Source of the DNA: Hyphomonas sp.
GTDB taxonomy: Bacteria; Pseudomonadota; Alphaproteobacteria; Caulobacterales; Hyphomonadaceae
Length of the DNA: 64,000 nt
Direction: 5' to 3'
NCBI RefSeq assembly: GCF_018402285.1
Contig: NZ_JAGYJH010000001.1
Location: 83,589 to 147,588 of the forward strand
Positions 44,892-54,373 of the stretch are shown here, piece after piece. The stretch's first letter is position 1; each line of letters opens with the position of its first letter. The position numbers were made by a program, and so were the translations under genes. A model generated the notes under the pieces. The model searched no databases and was not told the DNA's origin. It saw only the letters and a list, made by a program, of their open reading frames with translations.

Positions 44892-44950
44892 AGGTATTTT
44901 CTCCCCTTACATCTGTGCACCGTAGCGTTTCCCGCCACACTTTCAACGCC

Positions 44951-45310
44951 TCAGGCGAGCGATCCGCCGTCAAACGGGGGAAGCGCGGCCTGCAGCTTCT
45001 TGGTCAGTTTCAAGCGGACAATCGCATAGGCCTGCGTGATCCGCTGGCGCAGCTCTTCCTCCGGCAGGTCATCGGGGCCAACCTCCACCCATTTTGCCCG
45101 CGCCAGATAGGGCGCCGGCCGGCCGGTGCCGGTCTCCACCAGGACATGAAAGGCCTCATCGCTGCATTTGAAAGAGATGCGGCGGCAGGCATTGTCGGTG
45201 GCCGCAAACATCTTGCCGGCGACCTTGTAGATCTGATCGTCGCCCCATTGCACCATGCACTCTGCCCCGGGCAAGGACAGGCAATGCTTCCGCAACCGGG
45301 CGGGCGTCAT
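44951..45310 (-). CDS. MmcQ/YjbR family DNA-binding protein
   Basis: 119 aa. LRKHCLSLPGAE...KVAGKMFA pattern. Confidence 0.8.
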   Translation of the reverse strand: MTPARLRKHCLSLPGAECMVQWGDDQIYKVAGKMFAATDNACRRISFKCSDEAFHVLVETGTGRPAPYLARAKWVEVGPDDLPEEELRQRITQAYAIVRLKLTKKLQAALPPFDGGSLA

Positions 45311-46215
45311 GCCAGCCGTTCCTTCGGATAAGCCGGGTAGCTCGCCTTCATCACGCCGTGATTGAGCAGCATCTCGGCGACCTGCTTCTGGCCGGAGGCA
45401 TCAAAGATCCGGGTGCGTATCCAGTAATTCTCCGCGCGGCGGGATTCAGACAGCGCTACCACTTCGCGGCGCAGCACATATTCCTCACCCACAAACAGCG
45501 GTCCTGCGATCATCCGGATCTCGAGATCAGCAAACAGGCCAATGCTTGGATGCTTCACGGGGAAGCGTGCGCCATGGCTGGAATAGTTTGCCAGCACACT
45601 GACCATCTCCAGCGGCACAACCGCTCTGCCCCAGGGCGAAGCGGACGCCTCTGAATACATCGGATTGTTCTCGGTGATGACCTTGAGCTTCTCGGCCAGT
45701 GAAAAGGGATAGAGATCACCCATGTTCTGGTCCGGTCCCATCCGGACGCGCTCCTGGGAGGCGCCCTGCATGCCGACCTTCATGTCCGCAAGGATCACCA
45801 GGTCATTGGCTGGCCGCAGGGTTTTCATGCGGCCTTCCAGCAGCGTCTCGCCATGATCGGGTCCCAGCGTCGCGCTTGCCTCCAGCACGGGCGTGCCGTC
45901 CTCCTTGAAAGCGCGCGCCTGGGTGCGCGTGGCGCCCGGCGCTGGCCGGTCGATCTCGGCGCGCACTTTCTCGCCGTCAAACACCATGTTGAGGAAGTGG
46001 CAGGAAAAACACCCTTGCTCGAACCAGACATTTCCCCAGACCCCGGCAAGCAGCGGCACGAATTGCTGGAAATGCGTCGGGCCTTCTATGGGGCCGGCCT
46101 TGATGCCCAGCCGCGCGGCCTCGGCATCATCGTGAAGCGATTTGTGGCCGCCATATTTCTGCTCGGTCAGCATGTTGACGGGGCTTCTCAGGGGGCCTTT
46201 GAGAATATCGGACAT
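45307..46215 (-). CDS. Conserved hypothetical protein (possibly double hot-dog fold)
   Basis: 302 aa from ATG 46215 with an AGGAG RBS. 4-bp overlaps with both neighbours. No motif I can name with confidence. Confidence 0.55.
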   Translation of the reverse strand: MSDILKGPLRSPVNMLTEQKYGGHKSLHDDAEAARLGIKAGPIEGPTHFQQFVPLLAGVWGNVWFEQGCFSCHFLNMVFDGEKVRAEIDRPAPGATRTQARAFKEDGTPVLEASATLGPDHGETLLEGRMKTLRPANDLVILADMKVGMQGASQERVRMGPDQNMGDLYPFSLAEKLKVITENNPMYSEASASPWGRAVVPLEMVSVLANYSSHGARFPVKHPSIGLFADLEIRMIAGPLFVGEEYVLRREVVALSESRRAENYWIRTRIFDASGQKQVAEMLLNHGVMKASYPAYPKERLA

Positions 46216-46262
46216 GATTGCTCCTGTGCTTTTACCGACAGTGCCACTTTCAGAGTTCTCCG

Positions 46263-47510
46263 TCACGCCTTTGCGCGCCCGCTTTCCGCGCCAAACAGGC
46301 GCAGTGCGAGATAGCTGAGCGCGACGAGGATCGCCGAGAGGATCAGTGCCAGCATGGCCGTACCGTTCCAGCCTGCATGGTCATAGACAAAGGTAGCGCC
46401 CCAACTGGCGATGCCGCCGCCGATGAACATCAGGCCGATATAAGCCGTCATCAGCCGCGTGCGCACGTCCGGCGGCAGGCCGAGAAACGTCATCCGTCCC
46501 GTCACGTCGATGAGCGGGCCAACCACATTCATGAGCGTCAGCGGAATGATCAGCAGCCAGAGGCTATGCCCGAACACGCCGAGCAGGCACACGCCGGAAA
46601 ACTGGATCAGCGAGATGATGAAGCGCGCTTTCCTCGCCCCGATCCGGTCAGCCCAGGCGCCGAGCGGGGCCGTGGTCACGAGGTTTAAGAGGGCAAGGGC
46701 CGCCAGATAGCCCACCGTGTCGGTGCCGTATCCCATCTGGGGCGATGTCAGGTGCAGGCCGAGGGTCAGCCAGACCGACAGGAAGATGCCAAAGCCGACG
46801 CCCTGGATGGTTCCCGACAAAAGCACTTCAGGATACCGCCGCACAATGGGAATGACCGACAGGACCAGACCAAGATAACTGCCCGCCTTTTCGCTGTCGC
46901 TGCGTTCGGACTTCTCCCGCCCATCCATGATCCGTGGAAGGAGCAGGGTGATCGCCAGCATCACGCCTGCAGCAATGTAGTAAACGGTGCGCCAGCCGAG
47001 ATGTTCCCCGATCCAGCCTGCCCCGACCCGCGCCAGAAGGATGCCGGCAATCACGCCGGTCGTCAGCGTGGCGGTCACCTGCCCCAGCCGCTGCGGCTCT
47101 ACCCGTTTGGACGCATAGGCCGGCAGGAGGTAAGGCGTAATGGTCGAAAACCCTAGAAAGGTCGATCCGGCCACGAACAGCCAGAAACTGGTGGCAAACG
47201 CCATTATCACCAGCCCGAGGAACTGTCCGGCGGCAAAGACGGTGGCCAGCTGCCGGTTGCTGAACCGGTCTCCGAGCGGCAGTAAAAAGAAGATGCCGAG
47301 CGCGAGCGCAATCTGGTTCAGCGCCGGCACAAGCCCGATGCCGGAGGCGGAGACCCCGAAATCCTTGGCGACCAGCGCGATGATCGGATGGATGTAATAG
47401 GCGTTTGCTGTGACCACTGCGCTTGCCAGCGCCAGGAGCAACAGGTCGCGCCGGGTCAGCAGCCGCCGGGCGTTTTCAGGGCGCGGCGGACTGGAAGGCT
47501 CTGCGCTCAC
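46263..47510 (-). CDS. MFS transporter
   Basis: 415 aa, 12-TM pattern. LPLGDRFSNR loop motif. Confidence 0.85.
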   Translation of the reverse strand: MSAEPSSPPRPENARRLLTRRDLLLLALASAVVTANAYYIHPIIALVAKDFGVSASGIGLVPALNQIALALGIFFLLPLGDRFSNRQLATVFAAGQFLGLVIMAFATSFWLFVAGSTFLGFSTITPYLLPAYASKRVEPQRLGQVTATLTTGVIAGILLARVGAGWIGEHLGWRTVYYIAAGVMLAITLLLPRIMDGREKSERSDSEKAGSYLGLVLSVIPIVRRYPEVLLSGTIQGVGFGIFLSVWLTLGLHLTSPQMGYGTDTVGYLAALALLNLVTTAPLGAWADRIGARKARFIISLIQFSGVCLLGVFGHSLWLLIIPLTLMNVVGPLIDVTGRMTFLGLPPDVRTRLMTAYIGLMFIGGGIASWGATFVYDHAGWNGTAMLALILSAILVALSYLALRLFGAESGRAKA

Positions 47511-48595
47511 CCCGGCATGCCGGCGCGGCGGGCATACTCATAGGCAAACCTTGCCAGCGGCACCACGCGGGCAGCATTGGACTCGGCGTTCGCGCTATTG
47601 GCCGTGCCATCGCGCACGCGCCCGATGATCCCCTGCAGGATGCCGGCCAGGCGGAAGGCGTTGTAGGAAAAGTAATAGTCGAGCTCGGGCAGGCCCTTGC
47701 GGCCGGTATGCTGACAATAGAGGCCTACATATTCTTCCATCGACGGAATGCCCCAGGCCTTGAGGTCCGGGATCGCCATGATCGATCCGCGTGCGGAGTC
47801 TCCTGGCGGCATCACCCAGTTCATGAGGTGGTAGGAGAAGTCCGCAATCGGATCACCCAGTGTCGAGAGCTCCCAGTCAAGCACGGCAATGACTTTGGAC
47901 TCGGTGGGATGGAGGACCATGTTGTCGAGGCGATAATCGCCATGCACAATCGTCGTGGTCTCGCCTGGCGGGATATTTTTCGGCAGCCATTCGATAAGCT
48001 GCTCCATCTCCGGAATATGCATCGTCTCGGAGGCTTTATACTGCTTCGTCCAGCGGTGGATCTGGCGGGCGATATAGTCGCCCTCCTTGCCAAAGCCTTC
48101 CAGCCCCGCCTTGCGCCAGTCGACATTGTGCAGGTCTGCAAAGGTCTTGACCTTCGCCTCGTAGATCGCGCGGCGTTCTGCCGGTGTGGAGTCGGGCAGT
48201 GTGCCATCCCAGAGGATCCGGCCCTCCACCATATCCATCACATAGAAGATGGTGCCCGCCACGTCCTCATCCATGCAAAGCCCATATGGGCGCGCAACCG
48301 GATAGCCGAGGGGGTAGAGCGCGTTGATGATCCGGAATTCACGGTCAACCGCATGGGCGCTGGGCAAGAGGGTGCCTGGCGGCTTGCGGCGCATCACGTA
48401 TTTCTTCTGTGGCGTGATCAGCTGATAGGTCGGGTTGGACTGGCCGCCCTTGAACTGGCGCACCACCAGCGGGCCTTCATAGCCTTCGACATTTTCCTGC
48501 ATCCAGGCGGCGAGCTTGGCTTCGTCAAAACGATGCGACTCGGCCACTTCCTTGGTGCCGGAATACAGGTCCTGTGCGGTATCGCCCTCTGCCAT
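47507..48595 (-). CDS. Phosphotransferase (APH/choline-kinase fold) family protein
   Basis: FKGGQSNPTYQL nucleotide loop, IVHGDYRLDN catalytic loop, LDWELS motif. 362 aa from ATG 48595. Confidence 0.85.
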   Translation of the reverse strand: MAEGDTAQDLYSGTKEVAESHRFDEAKLAAWMQENVEGYEGPLVVRQFKGGQSNPTYQLITPQKKYVMRRKPPGTLLPSAHAVDREFRIINALYPLGYPVARPYGLCMDEDVAGTIFYVMDMVEGRILWDGTLPDSTPAERRAIYEAKVKTFADLHNVDWRKAGLEGFGKEGDYIARQIHRWTKQYKASETMHIPEMEQLIEWLPKNIPPGETTTIVHGDYRLDNMVLHPTESKVIAVLDWELSTLGDPIADFSYHLMNWVMPPGDSARGSIMAIPDLKAWGIPSMEEYVGLYCQHTGRKGLPELDYYFSYNAFRLAGILQGIIGRVRDGTANSANAESNAARVVPLARFAYEYARRAGMPG

Positions 48596-48700
48596 TTTGG
48601 TCTCTCTCAATTCTGCCGGATTTTGTGCCGATACCATACAAGCCCATACCGTCCCGCCAAGACCTGCCGCCGCGTCGCGTCGCCTTTTCAGGATATCAGG

Positions 48701-49300
48701 ATGAGAATTGTTTGCCGTTTCAGCGCCTTGATCTTCCTGATCTTTTCCTGCGCCGAGTTGACCGCTCAGGCGAAAATGCCCGATCCGGACGGACGTATCC
48801 GGGCAGAAATCCTGGACCGAGCCCTCGCCGCAATGGAAACGCACGCCCCGAAGGACGCAGACACCGGAAAACTGGTCGTGGTCGATTACAGTCTCCACTC
48901 CAGCAGGGAGCGCCTGTTCGTCATCCATCTGGAAACCGGCTCGGTCTCCGCCTATCGCGCGGCCCATGGCATGGGCACCGACAGGGACCATGATGGCTAT
49001 CTCGACAGCTTCTCCAGCCTCCCCGGTTCACAGGCAAGCAGCGAGGGCACATTCCGTTTTTCCGAAGAATACACCGGCAGGCATGGCCAGTCCTTCCGTC
49101 TGGACGGGCTGGAGGAAACCAATGCCACCGCCCGCGAACGCGCCATCGTGATCCACGCAGCCAGTTACGCCGAGCCCGCCTTTCTTTCCCGGCATGGCAA
49201 GCTTGGGCGGTCGAATGGCTGCATTGTCTTCTCGAAGGACGACCTTGCCCGTTTCAGGGGAGAAGTGCCCGAAGGCACGCTGATCTTTGTTGGCAAATGA
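48701..49300 (+). CDS. L,D-transpeptidase catalytic-domain-like (YkuD-related) secreted protein
   Basis: Signal peptide. IVIHAA..GRSNGCIVF motif with the catalytic Cys. 199 aa. Confidence 0.7.
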   Translation: MRIVCRFSALIFLIFSCAELTAQAKMPDPDGRIRAEILDRALAAMETHAPKDADTGKLVVVDYSLHSSRERLFVIHLETGSVSAYRAAHGMGTDRDHDGYLDSFSSLPGSQASSEGTFRFSEEYTGRHGQSFRLDGLEETNATARERAIVIHAASYAEPAFLSRHGKLGRSNGCIVFSKDDLARFRGEVPEGTLIFVGK

Positions 49301-49352
49301 CGCCGCCTATTTTGCTTGATCAGGGCCACCAGAGGCGGCTAAACCGCGCTCC

Positions 49353-49601
49353 ATGACCGATACACCTCCCGACCGCCTGTCCATCTACCCCGATAGCCCG
49401 TTCTACGACTATGACGTGCTCGCGCGCGGCATTGGCGTGAGGTTTCGCGGCGAAGAGAAAACCACTGTCGAGGAGTATTGCATCTCCGAAGGCTGGATAA
49501 AGGTCTCGGCCGGCAAGGCTGTCGACCGTAAGGGGCGCCCGCTTCAGCTCACTCTGAAAGGCCCGGTCGAGGTCTGGTTCAAGGAAGACCCGGCGGCCTG
49601 A
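49353..49601 (+). CDS. DUF3297-like small protein
   Basis: 82 aa. PPDRLSIYPDSPFYD..GIGVRFRGEEKTTVEEYCISEGWIKV pattern. Confidence 0.7.
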   Translation: MTDTPPDRLSIYPDSPFYDYDVLARGIGVRFRGEEKTTVEEYCISEGWIKVSAGKAVDRKGRPLQLTLKGPVEVWFKEDPAA

Positions 49602-49697
49602 GCCAGGCGCCTTCCATACCCTGTTTCCGGGGGATGACAGGGCGCTTCAGGTATCAGACACTAAACGGCGACAGTCAAACCTGACAGGGAGCCGCTG

Positions 49698-51110
49698 ATG
49701 TTCTTTGCCCGCCTGATTTTCAGTCTCCTGGCGTTTAGTCTTCTTGTGGTTACAGCGCTTGCGGAGACGCCCTCCCAGGCACAGTTTGAACGCGGCATGG
49801 AGCTTGGCAAGGCGGGCGACATTGACGCGGCCTTACCGCTTATCAGGAGCGCCGCCGAAGCTGGCCTGGCCGAAGCCCAGTACACGCTGGGCACGATGTA
49901 TACCCACGGGCAAGGCGTGGCGCAGTCAAAAACCATCGCGCGCGAATGGTATCACAAGGCCGCCGTCCAGGACCACCCAGGCGCGATCTACAATATCGGC
50001 CTGCATTATGATCGGGGCCTAGAGATCGAGCAGAACCTTGCAACCGCGCTGGGCTATTATGAGCGGGCAAGTGCCCTCGGACATGGGGAGGCGGCCTATA
50101 ATGCCGGGCATATTCTCTTCATGGGGGATGGCGTCGACAAAGACATGGCCAGAGGGCTGACCTTCTTTGAGGTCGCCGCCAAAGCCGGTCTCGGCGGCGC
50201 CAGCCTGGCGCTTGGCTGGGCGTATGAATTCGGTCTTGGGACGGATCAGAATTACAGGCTCGCCAATATGAACTACACCCTCGCCGAACTGAACGGCAAA
50301 CCCTTCGCCAGCCTCTTCAAGGCCGACCTTCACGTAAAAATGAACGAGGAAGCCATCGCCCTGCAACAGGCGGGACGCTTTGCTGACGCGCTCGCCCTCT
50401 TCGATGCAGCGTGCGACGACGCATCGGGCTTTGGATGTTACAATGCCGGTGTCATCCGGCTCGAAGGGCGTCATGGTTTCGCCAGGGATATTCCCCGCGC
50501 CTTAAGCCAGCTGCGTGATGCCTGCATCTTCGAAACGGCTTATGGCTGCCGTGGCCATGCGGCCGCTGTTCTTTACGCGCCTGGCACCCTGCACAAAAGC
50601 GATGTGGAGATGGCCGCCAAACTCATCACGCAGGAATGCGAGGGGGGAGATCAGGGCCAGTGCCTGAACCTGGCCTACATGAAATACTATACCCGGTTTG
50701 GCATGCCCGACGCTGACGGCGCGATCAGCCTGCTCGCCAAAGCGTGCTACAATCATGGTTACAAGCCCGCCTGCAAACCGCATCAGGATCTCTACAACAC
50801 CCAACTCGCGTTGAGCCCGGCCCCCGTCGCGCCGCGCCAGAGAGGCGCCTTCGAACAATCGCTGCATAACGGGCTCGATGCTCTTGCGGGCGGCCTGAAG
50901 GTCTGGGGGCAGGCCGCAGCGGCCTCATCGGGAAGCAGCTACGCTTATGGAAACTATGGCGCGGCCAGTTCGAGTTCGACCACTTATAATCAGATGGACA
51001 CCTACCAGGCCTGGCAGGACAAGCAGGACTTCAACAACTACCTCAGCAGGATGAGTTCCTACGGCTCAGCCTATGCGGCCGGATGCCGTCCGGGAAATCC
51101 CTATTGCTAG
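49698..51110 (+). CDS. Secreted Sel1-repeat protein with an Hcp-like Cys-pair repeat region
   Basis: Signal peptide. At least four canonical Sel1 repeats (AEAQYTLGTMYTHGQGV..). Then four C-x7/8-C units and a Ser/Tyr/Gly-rich tail ending in C..C. Confidence 0.85.
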   Translation: MFFARLIFSLLAFSLLVVTALAETPSQAQFERGMELGKAGDIDAALPLIRSAAEAGLAEAQYTLGTMYTHGQGVAQSKTIAREWYHKAAVQDHPGAIYNIGLHYDRGLEIEQNLATALGYYERASALGHGEAAYNAGHILFMGDGVDKDMARGLTFFEVAAKAGLGGASLALGWAYEFGLGTDQNYRLANMNYTLAELNGKPFASLFKADLHVKMNEEAIALQQAGRFADALALFDAACDDASGFGCYNAGVIRLEGRHGFARDIPRALSQLRDACIFETAYGCRGHAAAVLYAPGTLHKSDVEMAAKLITQECEGGDQGQCLNLAYMKYYTRFGMPDADGAISLLAKACYNHGYKPACKPHQDLYNTQLALSPAPVAPRQRGAFEQSLHNGLDALAGGLKVWGQAAAASSGSSYAYGNYGAASSSSTTYNQMDTYQAWQDKQDFNNYLSRMSSYGSAYAAGCRPGNPYC

Positions 51111-51769
51111 CTGCCTGACGCCGCTGGCCCCAGCATCTCTTCGCAATGCACCACATGCTGGGCGCGCACCTGCTCCAGGGCGCGGTGGATCATCGCGCGG
51201 CCCTTGTCATACATCAGCTCCAGCGTGATCCCCCGCAGGGTCAGGATCAGGACGCGCGCATGCACCGTGCACGCCTCGACATCCTTTACGCCCGCCGCGG
51301 TCGCCGTGGCGCGGGTGTCCTGATCGATTTCCGCTTCGATCCGCATCGCAATCGGCCGCAGCGCCTCGCCGAGTGCTGCGTCCCAGCGCGACGCCAGCAA
51401 TGCTTCGGTGACGGCGGCGCCCTCGGGAATTTTCTGGGTCTCCCAGAAGAGGTCGCACATCGCCCGGTAGCGCGCCTGGGCATCGGGCAGGGCCCGCATC
51501 CGCTCGCGCGTATGGGCCATCATGATTTCCATCGCCGCCTCAACCGCGCCGGCGATCAGGGCAGTGCGTGTGGGAAACTGGTGAAGTACCGACCCCCGGC
51601 TGACACTGGCGCGTTCCATCACAGCCTCGATAGAGGTTGCCGCATAGCCCTTCTCGCAAAGGCATTCGATGGCCGACTGGATCAGCTGGCGGCGCGTTTC
51701 TTCGCCGCGCCGCGTAGTCCGGCGCCGGGCGCCAGCTTCCTGGCCAGAGAGGTCTGTTCGCGTCTGCAT
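51107..51769 (-). CDS. TetR/AcrR family transcriptional regulator
   Basis: HTH IECLCEKGYAATSIEAVMERASVSRGSVLHQFPTR. 220 aa from ATG 51769. Confidence 0.9.
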   Translation of the reverse strand: MQTRTDLSGQEAGARRRTTRRGEETRRQLIQSAIECLCEKGYAATSIEAVMERASVSRGSVLHQFPTRTALIAGAVEAAMEIMMAHTRERMRALPDAQARYRAMCDLFWETQKIPEGAAVTEALLASRWDAALGEALRPIAMRIEAEIDQDTRATATAAGVKDVEACTVHARVLILTLRGITLELMYDKGRAMIHRALEQVRAQHVVHCEEMLGPAASGS

Positions 51770-51819
51770 AACTGACAAAATCAGGCCCCCACAAAGCCGG
51801 TTGGTCAACACCGGAGCCC

Positions 51820-51841
51820 AAATAGTCAACATTGACTATTT
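51820..51841. promoter_or_regulatory. 22-bp perfect palindrome, candidate TetR operator
   Basis: AAATAGTCAA ca TTGACTATTT in the divergent tetR/cupin intergenic region. Confidence 0.6.
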
Positions 51842-51943
51842 AGAGCAGAATGATACGCGTAGACGAAACAGCTGCTCCGCCGGGCGCAGCACCAGAGGCT
51901 CCCGAGAGCCCGAACATAGATCACCGGCCAGGAGGAAACAACA

Positions 51944-52480
51944 ATGACGACAGCTGCCGCAAGGGAACCGTCCGCGTCGACCGGATCAGGCTTTGAAATC
52001 TTCAGATTTACGTCCGCGCCCACCCTCGAGGAGACCGGCCATATGGAAGTGGCAGACCTCGACGAGGACATGCAGGCCGGCATCGGCGGGGCGCTTGAAG
52101 CTGGCTTTGCCGAGGGCAACGTCGTCAAGACACTATTCTCCCGCCCCGGCTTCAGTCTCACCTATGCCTGGTTCAAGAGCGGCTTCCCGCTCCCTCTGCA
52201 TACGCACAACGCCGATTGTCTTTACTACATCGTAGCCGGCACGCTTCAGCTTGGCACCGAAACGCTCGGGGCTGGTGACGGCTTCTTCATCGGCGCCGGC
52301 AAGGCCTATCGCTACACACCCGGCCCGGAGGGCGTAGAAGTACTCGAATTCCGCGGCGAGGAAAACTTCGACATCAGGTTCATGGCGAAAACCCTGCCCG
52401 CCTGGGCAAAGATCACCGATGTGATCAAGGAGCGCCGCCCGGCCTGGGCCACCGAAACGCCGCCCAGCGCCGCGCGCTGA
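51944..52480 (+). CDS. Cupin domain protein
   Basis: PLHTHNADCLYYIVAGTLQLG cupin motif. GGAGGA RBS. 178 aa. Confidence 0.75.
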   Translation: MTTAAAREPSASTGSGFEIFRFTSAPTLEETGHMEVADLDEDMQAGIGGALEAGFAEGNVVKTLFSRPGFSLTYAWFKSGFPLPLHTHNADCLYYIVAGTLQLGTETLGAGDGFFIGAGKAYRYTPGPEGVEVLEFRGEENFDIRFMAKTLPAWAKITDVIKERRPAWATETPPSAAR

Positions 52481-52494
52481 AGCGAGGCTTGCCC

Positions 52495-53283
52495 ATGACC
52501 CGCAAGAGATTTGAAAACAAGGTCGCCGTCATCACCGGCGCCGCCTCCGGTATCGGCGCGGCCACCGCCCGTCTCCTTGCTCGCGAAGGCGCGCATGTCG
52601 TACTCGCAGACCTCAACGACAATGGCGGGAAATCCATTGCTGCAGACCTTGGCCCGACAGCCATGGCGGTGAAATGCGATGTTTCCAGCGCCGCCGATGT
52701 CGAAGCTCTCATCAAAGCGGCTGTGGAGCGGCATGGCCGCATCGACATCCTCTTCAACAATGCCGGCATCGGCAGCTTCGGCACCAGCGTTGAAGTTCAG
52801 CCTGCAGAATGGGAACGCGTCATCGCGATTGACCTGCACAGCGTCTATTACGCCTGCCACTTTGCAATCCCTCACATGCCGCGCGGCAGCGCCATCGTGA
52901 ATACGGCGTCCATTTCCGGTCTTGGCGGAGACTATCGCTTCGCTGCCTATAACGCCGCCAAGGGCGCTGTGGTGAACTACACCCGCGCCCTCTGCGTGGA
53001 CCATGCCCGGGACGGCATCCGCGTCAACGCGCTGTGCCCCGGCCTCGTCGAAACGCCAATCACGGCAGGCGTCCAGCAACTGCCCGGCCTGCGGGAGGAG
53101 TGGCTACAGCGCATCCCGATGGAGCGCGCCGCCCAGCCCGAAGAGATGGCGAGCGTCGTGGCCTTCCTGGCTTCGGAAGACGCCTCCTATGTAACCGGCA
53201 CGATCATGGTCGCCGATGGCGGACGCACTGCCCATACCGGTCAGCCCGAAGTCGCCCGGTTCGCGCTTCCCCCGGAAAACTGA
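52495..53283 (+). CDS. SDR family oxidoreductase
   Basis: ITGAASGIGAA, NNAG and YNAAKGA motifs. ATG 52495 (the ORF track starts at TTG 52489). Confidence 0.9.
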   Translation: MTRKRFENKVAVITGAASGIGAATARLLAREGAHVVLADLNDNGGKSIAADLGPTAMAVKCDVSSAADVEALIKAAVERHGRIDILFNNAGIGSFGTSVEVQPAEWERVIAIDLHSVYYACHFAIPHMPRGSAIVNTASISGLGGDYRFAAYNAAKGAVVNYTRALCVDHARDGIRVNALCPGLVETPITAGVQQLPGLREEWLQRIPMERAAQPEEMASVVAFLASEDASYVTGTIMVADGGRTAHTGQPEVARFALPPEN

Positions 53284-53311
53284 AGCCTTCGAATAAATCA
53301 GGATAAAGATC

Positions 53312-54373
53312 ATGCGCGCCGCTGTTCTTCAGGGCAAAACCCTCACTGTCCGCCAGATGCCGGACCCGTCGCCGCTGGCAGGCCAGCTCCTTGTCCGCCC
53401 CCTGTTCACCGGCATCTGCGGCAGCGACCTCAGCGCGCGCAAGCAGATGGCAGCACTGGCTGACACATTGGCAGACGAGGCGCAGGACCAGATGCCGGCG
53501 ATTATTCCCGGGCATGAATTCTCAGCCGAGATTGTCGGCATTGCGCCGGGCACGGACACGCGCCTGAGAACGGGCGACATCATTACGGGCCTTCCTTTCA
53601 CGCATACCCATGAAGGTCCCCAGACCATCGGCCTGTCACCGGGCCATGGCGGCGGGCTCGCAGAGCTATCCTGCATTGATGCCTCTCGCAGCTTTCGCAT
53701 CCCGGAGGGTGTGCCGCATGATCTGGCTGCCCTGACAGAACCTCTCGCGGTTGGTCTGCATGCAGCCAATCTCGCAAGCCGCAACCGCGCGCCCAATGTC
53801 GTCATCGGCTGCGGCCCGGTAGGCCTCGCGGTGGTCCTCGCGCTCAGTCTGCAAGGCCGGGGGCCGATCCTGGCAGCGGATTTTTCGGCAGAAAGACGCC
53901 GCACCGCCGGGCTTATGGGCGCCGACATCGTGATTGATCCGGGCAAGGGCTCGGCCTTCAGCCATTGGGGCGATCTCGGCCTGAAGACCTATCCGATGTC
54001 GCCGCTGCTGGAGCGGGATTTCCGCGGCTTGCCGCCGGGGGCAAACATCTTCGAATGCACCGGCGCGCAGGGCATGATCGACCAGGTCATCAAGGGCGCC
54101 CCGCCGCATAGCCATATCATCGTTGCCGGTGTCTGCCCGCATGAGGAAAAGTTGACGCCGCTGGAGGGTATCCTCCGGGAACTGACGCTCGAGTTCAGTT
54201 TTGCCTACCGGCCGGAAGAATTCGCCGCCGCCCTCGCCGTCATCGAGGCTGAGCCTGCAAAAGCCGCCCGCCTCATCACCAGCCGCCAACCTCTGGCGAA
54301 CACCGAAGCGGCCTTCGACAGCCTTGCCAAGCGCCCCAGTGAAATCAAGATCCTGATCGATCCGAACGTTTAG
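53312..54373 (+). CDS. Zinc-type alcohol dehydrogenase (MDR) family protein
   Basis: GICGSDL, PGHEFSAEIV and GCGPVGLA Rossmann motifs. 353 aa. Confidence 0.85.
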   Translation: MRAAVLQGKTLTVRQMPDPSPLAGQLLVRPLFTGICGSDLSARKQMAALADTLADEAQDQMPAIIPGHEFSAEIVGIAPGTDTRLRTGDIITGLPFTHTHEGPQTIGLSPGHGGGLAELSCIDASRSFRIPEGVPHDLAALTEPLAVGLHAANLASRNRAPNVVIGCGPVGLAVVLALSLQGRGPILAADFSAERRRTAGLMGADIVIDPGKGSAFSHWGDLGLKTYPMSPLLERDFRGLPPGANIFECTGAQGMIDQVIKGAPPHSHIIVAGVCPHEEKLTPLEGILRELTLEFSFAYRPEEFAAALAVIEAEPAKAARLITSRQPLANTEAAFDSLAKRPSEIKILIDPNV

